The notes under the pieces were generated by a model. It was not told where the DNA came from. It was given only the letters and a program-made list of their open reading frames with translations, and searched no databases. From positions 23,276,119-23,308,908 of the forward strand of contig NC_068992.1 of the NCBI RefSeq assembly GCF_001194135.2: a stretch of 32,790 nucleotides of DNA, read 5' to 3'. Made by a program: the position numbers and the translations under genes. Of the stretch, positions 21,517 to 32,790 are shown piece after piece. Source of the DNA: Octopus bimaculoides. Taxonomy: Eukaryota. Within the stretch, counting starts at the first letter, position 1. Every line of letters begins with the position of its first letter.

Positions 21517-23262
21517 TGTGATATATATGTATATATATATACGCATTCACGTACAAATATACATGATTGAGCATGTGTGCGTTAGGGCAAATACACCAAT
21601 GATATTTCGTACTTCGCCCCTGAATAAACTTTTAAAGTTTTTAATGAACTGCGTTTTATTTATTTTTTTTTTGTTTTGATAATATACTATCGCTTGCATG
21701 AGATTTTTACATGATTCTTAAGTAACATTTGTGAAATAACGTCAATTCCTGTAGATATACAGACTGGGGAATACGAACATTATGTTGAAAAAATAATGGC
21801 TGGCAAAATAGAGTGAAAGGCGTAGATATATGTATCCTGCTAAAAACGAAAGATTAGATAACACTAATGCTTGATTAGTATGCCTTAAATTATACCACGA
21901 TACATTTCATCAGGATCGCCCAATGATCACCTGATCTATAGTGTTTCAAAGCGAACACTCTAGTAATTCATGTACGTATACGAGTGACTTTGGGTAAGCG
22001 AAAATACAGGATAATCAGTTAATAAAGATTTTATTCAACATATCCACAGTTCAGGTTGATTCACTTATTGCAGTGGTCCTATTTTCTTAAGTTCTGTAAA
22101 AGAAATATGAAGGTATGACCTTCACTCGGGCCTTTTGTGACATCCTTAAAGACAGGAACTTTTCAGCACGCCTTCGTACAATAATACGTCAGATTTTGAT
22201 GATGAAATAATTATTTTTATTATAACAGTATTTAAATTATATACGCGCATATCTGTAGTCGAAAGGCATCTGTTGTTATGTCCCGTTATTATTCCTACTG
22301 TATTTGTGTAACATTGTTCGTTTTTTCTGTCCTTGTTTTTGTATACATTCGCTGCTTTCTTCCAAGTAATCTAATGCTCTAAGCTTAGTTTTTCCTTAGG
22401 GCTGGCCATACTGGAGCAATATCGAGGATAACCAGCCGAAATTGCAACGATAATCTGGATCTCGACTGAAGAGAGAAAACTCCGAATGACCTGCCCGTGT
22501 TTTCTTTGTATCGTCTATCTGGATCTTTTGTCCCTTTCTTGTATCACCTGTCTGGATGCTTTGTGTTCTTGTCCCATCTTGTATTATATATATATATATA
22601 TATATTGGCATATATCAAATAGATGTATATACACACGCGCAAGCACATACACATACACACACTTATACATATTATTATTGTAGATTATATCGACTGTACA
22701 ATGCAAAATTTAATATATACACTTAGATATTTTCTGATATTTGGCGACTAGAAAAAATTTCTATTTATTCGAAATGTCTGAAGTCTCTTGAAAAAAAAAT
22801 ACAGGAATTGGATGCAGTTCCAGTATAATTTAGACCCTGAGATAGAAGATTAGGTGCTGCTTCAACTGCACTAATTACCATACGAGTAATATTCACGTTT
22901 GGATTCTAGTATATCAAAATCAGTTAAGCTATGGTTCATAATTCTATTGGTTATATTTTGTTTTCCCATCCATTATCATTTCTAGGATCCAAAACGAGGC
23001 TTTAATTCTTCTCCGTGATGGAATCCTTTGCCATTCAGTACTAATCATTCACAATGGGGAGGTTTCTAGCTGATACAAGTTGTGCACAATTTCAGATAAT
23101 AGTAATAATGTTAGGGCAACAACCTACAGGACCTTGCTTGAAGTTTGGAGCTTCATTTACTGCGATCACTTTGTAGAGTCTGAAAGTATTTGTTTAAATT
23201 TCTACACTTTCTAAGATTTAAATTTGACTGCGATATAAATTTATCAGACTTGTTCTTCGTTT

Positions 23263-23322
23263 TGCTATTGTTGTTGTTATTGTTTTTGCTGTTGTTGACG
23301 TTGTTATTGTTGTTGTTGTTCT

Positions 23323-23381
<59 letters not shown>

Positions 23382-23385
23382 TTAC
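23263..23385. repeat. (TTG)n(CTA)n compound microsatellite
   Basis: Directly visible. Source of poly-L, poly-S and poly-V ORFs. Confidence 0.97.
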
Positions 23386-25222
23386 ATATATACAACCACA
23401 GACCAGTACGTAAATCACATGAACCTGCATGTAAATCTGTACGTTTCATTTTTCTCAGCATGATATCTATTTATTGTGGTAGAATGAGAAAGAAGAATAA
23501 CGTGAGTGTACGAATGTAAAAAAAAATATGGTTGATAAATATAACGATATCAGCGTATATAAGCAAGTGTATTTAATATAAATATTTACTGTATTAACAT
23601 CGGCTCACTTTGAAGAATGATTCGAAGCATTTACGAAAATCACCATTACATTAGAAAATTGTCTTTGAGGCAAACTCTGTTCCGTATAATGCAATACCTT
23701 CCAATATTGTTATTGATATATACCCTTTATAAATTCTGTTTTACGGGAGTTTACAAAAAAAGAAAGGACTCTCCTATCTCATCAAAAGATGTTTTTATAA
23801 TATATTATTATTAACAAAAGTTTCCTTTGAATTGTTTTTCAAAGACAAAACCATTCCTTTTTTAGGTCCTTGTTATCTTTTCATTTTTTAACTCATTTTT
23901 TGTCCTTTTGATGTCTATATTGCAGGGATATTGGAAACAATTACTACCTAGTGCAAGGACGGATCTATTTATTTTCTTCTATGTACATTGCGCAGAATGC
24001 TTCAAGATCTATACATTTTCATTCGTGAAAAATATAAAACAAATCATACATCTTAATACGTTATAGTAAACAAAATATATAAATCTGTTCTATGATGATA
24101 TGCTTATAAATCACGTTTAATATTGGTTAAACATTATTATTGGTTAAACATTATTATTTTTCTACAGTCATAAAACATACTGCTGATAAATGTTTTAGTA
24201 GAGGAGCGCAAAATATAAACTATGCATAAATACAGAAATAACTATAAAGATATTAGAATGTTTACATGTTTGTGCAGGGAACGTGATTAGGTAAACAAAA
24301 TGCTGTGAGCATTTCCTTTTTGATTGTTTTTTGTACGATAATTTATTTGATCCACTTTATAACGGTTCGTTAATTCAATTAAAATGTGAAATTGCGGTAT
24401 GCTGTATAGCAGAATAAATGCTTTTGACTCATCTTCCATTGGATGAATTCTTAGGATCAAAAGATTTGCAAAATCAACGTTTCATTTCGTTTTTCTCCTA
24501 AAATGCTGCCTATATTTGACTCATGATATGAACAACACCCCCATACATGTAGGCTTCCTTACGGTTATATATATTTCACATAACTGCAAATCCAAAAGCG
24601 GCAATATATTATGTATTCACATTTTAATCAATGTGTATGCTTATATAACTTGTTCGTGATATGTTCTTTTGTTATTTCTTGTCAGATAGATTCTATCATA
24701 TAACCGACATTAATATAAAACTCTGTGTTCGATTGGATTGAAGTGCTATCAACAACGAAAGGAATTATTGTAGCAAAATGTTATTCTAGCACGCTTTCTA
24801 GTCTGTTACCAGATATTGTCAAAGTTTTCAAAAATTAAGGTACTAAACATTTCTCACAAAATAGGATTAAGGCAGGTATCTGATATACATTTGAGAGTTT
24901 TGGTTATTTAGCATAACATTTTGACATGGAATTCTGTCGAAAGATTAGAAACTGCGTTGGGATAAGTACATTGCTTCTCTGGTTTCCTGCTGTCCACACA
25001 TGCATATATTTTATTGCAAATCCCATAGAGACAGAGTAGGTACGTTAAGAGACCTATCAATGTTATATATGGCCAGTAAATACAAAAGTGAAATAAAGGT
25101 AGAATTTTAGTGCTTTAGTTGGTGGACTTTTCGGATGGAACATCTTAATTACAAATGTGCTATACATATAAGGAACTTGAAATGTTGTTATGTGTAACTC
25201 ATAAAATCAGGAAACTTGAGAT

Positions 25223-25264
25223 TACACACACACGCTCACACATTTATGTATGTATGTATGTATG

Positions 25265-25305
<41 letters not shown>

Positions 25306-25470
25306 ACGCTCATATATGTATATATGTTTATACATGTATATTCATATAAGTATATATTTGTACGAATAGGAATATATATGTGTGCGTATATGTATATGTA
25401 TATATGTATGTGTGTGTGTATGTGTGTGTATGTCCATATATATATGTATCTATGTATATATATATATACG
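25223..25470. repeat. (TATG)/(TA)/(TG) compound microsatellite
   Basis: Directly visible. Confidence 0.93.
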
Positions 25471-26249
25471 TTTGCAACGTCACATTGTAGCATTCTAACT
25501 TTTACGAATTTACTAAAAGGAAGTGTTGCCACAATAAATCTAGGTATATTAAAAAGTATCACCGTTGCAGAATTGCTGGCAAACAATTTAATACGTTCGA
25601 TATCGATGATCAATAGTGAATCTGATGACAATATACCCAGCCGTTACCCGTTACACGGATAGTATTCTTAGTAGAACTTCAACTAGACATATTCTGTCAG
25701 TGTTTATTTATAGAGAAGCCTTAAAGTTATTCGGTAAGAATATTCTATGAATGAGAAAATAATTTATATGAGTCCTATAACCTTTATTCAATATGGCATA
25801 TAATTACCGACTCTCAAGGATCACCCCTGCAACATAAACAGCTCAAACTCATAACTTGATGTTTACGTTTCTTACAAATTTTGTAGTAGAATACAAATCA
25901 CACAATAAAGGATGGGTGTATATATTCAAAAAAAAAATAAAATAAAAAGAATCAGCAAAAGTATTGAAAATGTATATGAATGTTTATCTTAGGTTCTTAA
26001 TTGTTTCTCCAAAACCTTTTTCGTAAGAATAATTATCTGAACACGCGGTATACATTTATTGCACGATTTCCATAAAAAGGAGTTATCACAACATTTAACA
26101 AAAACTGTTGAACCTCGGTTAGTATTCCCTAGTATATGTAGCATTATATTACTAAAACACCAAAATTATCCTCCAATGTAAGTGGATTATAAATTAATAA
26201 AAGATCATCATCGGAACAAAACAGCAATTCCATATCGAATAATTTTCCT

Positions 26250-26298
26250 GTATCTATCTATCTATCTATATATATATCTATCAATCTCTCTCTCTCTT

Positions 26299-26347
<49 letters not shown>

Positions 26348-26969
26348 NNNNNNNNNNNNNNNNNNNNNNNNNNNNNNNNNNNNNNNNNNNNNNNNNNNNN
26401 NNNNNNNNNNNNNNNNNNNNNNNNNNNNNNNNNNNNNNNNNNNNNNNNNNNNNNNNNNNNNNNNNNNNNNNNNNNNNNNNNNNNNNNNNNNNNNNNNNNN
26501 NNNNNNNNNNNNNNNNNNNNNNNNNNNNNNNNNNNNNNNNNNNNNNNNNNNNNNNNNNNNNNNNNNNNNNNNNNNNNNNNNNNNNNNNNNNNNNNNNNNN
26601 NNNNNNNNNNNNNNNNNNNNNNNNNNNNNNNNNNNNNNNNNNNNNNNNNNNNNNNNNNNNNNNNNNNNNNNNNNNNNNNNNNNNNNNNNNNNNNNNNNNN
26701 NNNNNNNNNNNNNNNNNNNNNNNNNNNNNNNNNNNNNNNNNNNNNNNNNNNNNNNNNNNNNNNNNNNNNNNNNNNNNNNNNNNNNNNNNNNNNNNNNNNN
26801 NNNNNNNNNNNNNNNNNNNNNNNNNNNNNNNNNNNNNNNNNNNNNNNNNNNNNNNNNNNNNNNNNNNNNNNNNNNNNNNNNNNNNNNNNNNNNNNNNNNN
26901 NNNNNNNNNNNNNNNNNNNNNNNNNNNNNNNNNNNNNNNNNNNNNNNNNNNNNNNNNNNNNNNNNNNNN

Positions 26970-27005
<36 letters not shown>

Positions 27006-27025
27006 CACACATATATATATATATA
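26250..27025. repeat. (TATC)/(TC)/(TA) microsatellites flanking N gap 26348-26970
   Basis: Directly visible. Confidence 0.95.
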
Positions 27026-27199
27026 ATCAGCCACATTTCACAAAGCTCAGCGATATTCTATTTCCAAATGGTACATTTGGAATCTAATTTGGTATGAAAA
27101 TTAAGTTTGTGCTGGTATCCATAAAAACCGTGATTGGGTTTAAAGGCGCTAAAATGGCTACACGGAATTGAAAGCCAATATTAATTTGTTGCTGACCAT

Positions 27200-27260
27200 T
27201 ATATCTCTAAATCTATAAATTGTTTCAGCTTCAAAGGTGTTGTCATGCTAGAGCACCACC
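27200..27260 (-). mobile_element. Degenerate family B SINE tail
   Basis: Minus strand GGTGGTGCTCTAGCATGACAACACCTTTGAAGCTGAAACAA resembles 21475-21516. Confidence 0.45.
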
Positions 27261-27499
27261 GATGTACATTCTATAATCAAAGAATATAAGTCGCCGAAAT
27301 AAGGCTCTGCTTCGTGTATGTAAACGCACACCAACACACACAGACGTAACGCAGGAAGTATAAGAGATTGTGTCATCTTGTGTGGTGAGGGTATAAGCCT
27401 GGCATACATCTCAAAAGCACGTATTAGTCAAAGCATTGCAATATGTATGCACAGATATTATTTATGACTGAGTAGTTATTAGTCGGTTTTCAAGCTAAT

Positions 27500-27537
27500 T
27501 ACACACACATCAACGCATACACACACACACACACACA

Positions 27538-27570
<33 letters not shown>

Positions 27571-28128
27571 GTACACACATACATGCACAAATATTTGTAT
27601 ACGTTACTTGTGGATTAACAAAGCAACCAACAGTTTCATGGTCAGGGATCTTCGCGTGTCTTCTAGTGTAATACAAAGAGATAAGTCCCACTTCCATGCG
27701 ATACAGTTCAACAATTGTGAAGATTTCTTGACACAAAAATTGCTCTGCTGACTCGCAAATAAATAATATATATCCACCAATGTATTCATTCTCACTCTTC
27801 GGTATCTGTGCATGCATANNNNNNNNNNNNNNNNNNNNNNNNNNNNNNNNNNNNNNNNNNNNNNNNNNNNNNNNNNNNNNNNNNNNNNNNNNNNNNNNNN
27901 NNNNNNNNNNNNNNNNNNNNNNNNNNNNNNNNNNNNNNNNNNNNNNNNNNNNNNNNNNNNNNNNNNNNNNNNNNNNNNNNNNNNNNNNNNNNNNNNNNNN
28001 NNNNNNNNNNNNNNATATATATATATATATATATATGTTTGTATGTATGTATGTATGTATGTATGTATGTATGTGTATGTATGTATGTATGCATGTATGT
28101 ATGTATATATGTATGTATGTATGTATGT
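27500..28128. repeat. (CA)n at 27500-27590, N gap 27819-28014, (TA)/(TATG)n to 28128
   Basis: Directly visible. The unique sequence between them is unassigned. Confidence 0.9.
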
Positions 28129-29544
28129 GATGACCTTCTATTTCTAAGTAACATGTATATGGTCATATTCGTGAGCGGGCATGTATGTGATTGTTACGCA
28201 TAAAAAGAATGCTCTGAAACATATATATTAGAAGAAAATGCATATTATATTAATATATCTATTACTCTCTACAGAATGTATTAGAGAGAGTGTTTTTGAA
28301 ATTATATCAGCTGCAGCAGCACAAGTACAAAACAAAACATAAGTTATACATATGCAAAAGCAGAGAACTAGTCAATTACGAAAGTAGGACTCTGAATACA
28401 TATTTTCTGCATCAAAGAGTTCAATAAATTTAGATCGCGCATTAAAATCACAGAAGTGGAGCTACATGACTAAATCACATTGAGAATATATTTCTTTATA
28501 ACGTATGCAGATGATACAAATTGAAGTGGATACGAGAGCCTTAAAAAGTTTATATAGTATACACCGAAATTGCATCAAGACATATTCGTGCTACAATGTT
28601 TGTATATTGCCTGGGTTTGTATTAATAATGATTCTGAACAAGTATATGACAATAAATAATATGAAGACACCCAAAATGCATTCTGCACGAAATAATTCAT
28701 TGAAACTATACATATTTAATTTTATTCTTAAAAGAAAGGTGTCCCATAGATCCATATGGGTGAAGTAGGAAATGACAACAATCTGGCATTCTAATTTTAA
28801 CGAACCATGAGAAACAGTGCAGTTCGATTACAATCAGAAGTAAGTGAACTTTTAGTGGCCCATCGCACAACATTTTGGGGCCAGTACAGGGCCCGAATCA
28901 CAAGGCTGCTAAGGCTCTCGGTTAGGCATGGTGAGATATGTGAAAGATTAATAACAGCTGATGAAACACTGGGAGCTATCGGTGAATGTACGAGAGAGCA
29001 GTTGTCAAAGATAGCTTGACTGCCTTACGAACATTATTTTCGTATGTAAGACTTGTTCAAGGACTTCTTGTCAGTTGCCTACTGCGGTTGGCAGCAAAAT
29101 GAAAATATTCCCAGGCTTGCGATATCAGATGTGGTTTTACAGTTGCGAAAATATCTGAGCAAGGGAAATAGTTATAACAATTTGCGAGCGTAATCTGGTA
29201 ATTGTGGAGTTGAAGATTTTGGACTAGATGTTTCCGCTTGTCGTCGATAGTGTCAGAGGTTAGCTAGCAGCATGCCCAGTGAAAACAGGTCTACCATCTA
29301 TGAGTACTTTTATTTCAGGTAGGCAATACATCATAAAAATTAAGTCAGGTAAGTAAAACGAAAATGTTGGGTCTTAATCAGTTTAGATATCTCGAAAGAA
29401 TTCGACATTGTGAAAACCAATACATAACGTTTGTCCTTATAACGGCTGTTTCTGTCCTTCCTGTATGCTGCAACATATTGCACTATTGGGGAGAGGTCAG
29501 AATAGATACCCATCTAATGGAAATGGAGTGGAGTAAAAATAAGC

Positions 29545-29785
29545 ACAAACACACGCACACACATACACACACGCACACACATACACACACATACGCACAC
29601 ACACACACACACACTCACACATACAAATACACACACATAATATACATACAACAGGCTTCTACAACGTTTTTCTCTACTAAATTCGATCACAAGGGATTTG
29701 TACAACACACTCGCAGAAGATACTGCGCACTTGAACTGAGCACGAAACCATGCGGTTGAAAAGAAAACTTCTCAGCCTCACAATC
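29545..29785 (-). mobile_element. Degenerate 5' half of a SINE running into an internal (TG)n microsatellite (probably the family B head)
   Basis: ACAGGCTTCT..TCTACTAAATTCGATCACAAGG..GAAGATACT..GAAACCATGCGGTTG..AAACTTCT resembles a recalled octopus SINE head. No second copy in the window to confirm it. Confidence 0.5.
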
Positions 29786-30154
29786 TGTGTGAATGTGTGT
29801 AGTTAACATTAAGAGACTCGAAAATACCCTACAGTGGTGATCTCTGTTTCCCTATATAAAGTTATTGAGGGGCCTGTGATGCAAATTAAACATTTGCATA
29901 GCCCTTAGGTAAATTTTCACGGAATGACAGTCTTGATATTGTTATATAGCGGAAGATTATTTACAGTTATATTTTTACGCATCATTTTCTGTAGTGTAAG
30001 GCCGTTTGGAAGAACATTGATGCAGAGAATTTCCCTCAAGAGTTTCGTTCATACGTTACCACTGTCCGTTTCAATATATATAGGTTTTGTATGTTACGTT
30101 TTTGTGGGCATTAACCAAATTGTTTGAAACAACTTTTAACTATATTTACATGCA

Positions 30155-30216
30155 TATGCGTGTGTGTGTGTGTGTATGTGTGTGTGTGTTTGTGTGTGTG
30201 TGTGTGNNNNNNNNNN

Positions 30217-30260
<44 letters not shown>
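30155..30260. repeat. (TG)n with 10-N gap
   Basis: Directly visible. Confidence 0.96.
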
Positions 30261-30261
<1 letters not shown>

Positions 30262-30937
30262 TAATCCTTTGATCTCCTGGAGATATGTTTATGTCATGCG
30301 TAAAATATGTACATGCATGTATTTTATTTTAATATATATGCTTTGACTTATTTCCTCCTTCATTGCATTTTGCAGTATAGATTTTATTTTATTTTCCTAG
30401 CCCTATTCACGAATATCATGCCCTTTCAAGGACTTTCCATGTAAAAGCATTCTTTATGTATTTACCAAAAAATTTAGATTTACATAGCTCCAGTTGTGCG
30501 CTTTGATTTCTGTATCTGAAAATGTCGAGCACTTTAATTTGGAGAATATATCCCTGGAGAAATTTTGCTAAGCACTTACATTATTTCAGATTGGTTTGCT
30601 ATACATTTCGCATTTTGCTCCAAGCCAGCGACATGTGTGCTTAAAAGAGTGTAACTCAAACAGTTATCTTTCTACATGATGGAGGAGATTGCTGTATGTG
30701 TTTTTACATACTTTAATACCCTGAAAAATTACATACCAATGGAGATAAAATATTGATATCATATATTAATATGTGTACTTGTTTCATATTCAGTTCCAAA
30801 CACCGAATAAAGCTTTTATTAGTGGGTACGGTATACTGGGTTTGATTTTAGTCTTTGCACGCAAATATATTCTTCTCTATTTATATTCGAGTTAAATTTA
30901 CATTCTAATGTAGAGAACCTACCTACAGAGAGGTTTC

Positions 30938-31170
30938 AATATATATATATATATGTGTGTGCGCGTGTGTGTGTGTGCGTGTGTCCGTATGCGCATATAT
31001 ATATATATGCGTATATATAAATATATATATATATATGTGTGTGCGCGTGTGTGTGTGTGCGTNNNNNNNNNNNNNNNNNTATATACATATATATATATAT
31101 ATACATGCCTGCATAGAGAAACACGCACGCACACATACACACGCACGCACACACACACACATACATATAT
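30938..31170. repeat. Compound (TA)/(TG)/(CA) microsatellite with N gap
   Basis: Directly visible. Confidence 0.95.
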
Positions 31171-31261
31171 AAGCTTATATCCTTCTTATAGAATTGCCAC
31201 TTGTTTTGGTGAAGAAACTAACTTCCTTTACCATTTTGTCAACGTCTCTAACTCAGTAATA

Positions 31262-31650
<389 letters not shown>

Positions 31651-32386
31651 GTAGTCAACGCAAGGGAGGCGGCTAACGAAACAGGACCTATTTCATACCA
31701 AGATATGTTAGTGAGGTTTGGACGATTAATGAGGCAGAATTAAGCAGAAAGAAAAGAAATATTGCAGGGAATAAGAGCAAAGTAGGTGTTATTGCAAAAA
31801 ATATTTTCGTTAAGGTTTAATGGAAATTTTCTTTGTTCTTTATTTCTTATCAGAGACCGATGACGTAATTCTCAGTTCTTTCATATCATCACCATTCATT
31901 CTGCAAATTTCTATGTTATCCCTCAAACATGATTAGTTCAGATGCACTTTTACGAAATTTTTTTAGTCGGCAATATTACAATTACGCTCATGATAATCTA
32001 ACACTTTATTGAAGATTTCAGAAAATACAACACAATAAATTAGGGGTTTCATCGCGGTAGACCCCAAACGATCGGTTTGTTATAGTTCTGCAAGCTAGGG
32101 TGTATTTTGTGTTTAAAGCTTTACCAAAACACAAATTACAAACTGCTATATGTTAAAAAGTCACATACGATATGTAATGCACAGATATAGTTATATATAT
32201 TTGTAGAATCAGCGTGGGGCAAGACTTCTATGGTGTTGTACATGTGTACGGAAGCATATTAACATACGTATTCGAAGAAAATACTGTGAAAAATTCTATC
32301 CAACGCTGTTAAAACTTCTCAGATCTGGCGCTTGAATATATAGCTACACACATCCGCACCAACCAACCCGTTCAAGGACATATAAC

Positions 32387-32690
32387 TGGCACTACGATGG
32401 TTACAACGGTGCAGTTTCCAATCAATCTGCTGAAAAAAAGAGCATGCAAACGGCTGATCACTCGTGCACTTAACATGGATCTCAGGGATTTAGGGAGGTC
32501 CAGCGTGACATGGAATGTGACATAGCTGGTACTTGGAAATAAAGGTGCTACTAGGCCACTAAATGGCTACTAAATGGATCAGAGCAATGCGGAATGAAGT
32601 GTCTTGTTCCAGGATACAAGGTGCCGACGGGAACCGATATCATAACCATACGATCATCAGCCAAATATCCTCATTACTAAGCGACGCGCT
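32387..32690 (-). mobile_element. Degenerate full-length tRNA-derived SINE (family C), CORE/Nin-like central domain
   Basis: Minus strand AGCGCGTCGCTTAGTAATGAGG (A-box-like) .. ATCGGTTCCCG (decayed B-box) .. TTGTATCCTGGAACAAGACACTTCATTCCGCATTGCTCTGATCCATTTAG resembles the CCTTGAGCAAG(A/G)CACTT..TTGCTCCAGTCCAC central domain of conserved-core SINEs. The tail matches a recalled octopus SINE. Confidence 0.72.
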
Positions 32691-32724
32691 CAAAGGCGCA
32701 ATGAATGACATCCACATATCAAAT

Positions 32725-32755
32725 ATGTACATATGTATATATGTATATACGTATG

Positions 32756-32790
<35 letters not shown>
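32725..32790. repeat. (TATG)/(TA)n microsatellite
   Basis: Directly visible. Confidence 0.96.

Noticed and set aside
22385-22480. Minus-strand acceptor plus RDPDYRCNFGWLSS (Link-domain-like CxxGWL)
   Set aside because: All three frames stop within about 30 codons, and the end matches a decayed SINE tail (CTCCAGTATGGCCAG).
30941-31062. Apparent higher-order repeat of a 40-bp compound microsatellite unit
   Set aside because: Low-complexity sequence next to an N gap; probably slippage or an assembly artefact.

Overview
This is AT-rich, microsatellite-dense eukaryotic non-coding DNA from a gapped scaffold, with eight N-gaps, nearly all abutting simple repeats. The repeat content strongly suggests an octopus (cephalopod) genome; that is an inference from recalled repeat families, not a database result. 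No intact host protein-coding gene, rRNA, tRNA or CRISPR array can be supported, and most ORF-track entries are microsatellite or N artefacts. Supported content: (1) several tRNA-derived SINE copies of 3-4 families; (2) a C-terminal GIY-YIG endonuclease relic of a Penelope-like element that the ORF track misses (6099-6479, minus); (3) two different R4/Dong-type non-LTR retrotransposon 3' fragments; (4) an internally deleted Tc1/mariner transposon fused to one R4 fragment; (5) a 353-bp foldback element with ungapped 146-bp arms (124/146 identical). I found no convincing new multi-gene system. The best leads are the foldback element, the Penelope-like relic, a dimeric SINE inside one target-site duplication, and a few weak exon candidates. 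Translations and alignments were done by eye, so boundaries may be off by a few bases.
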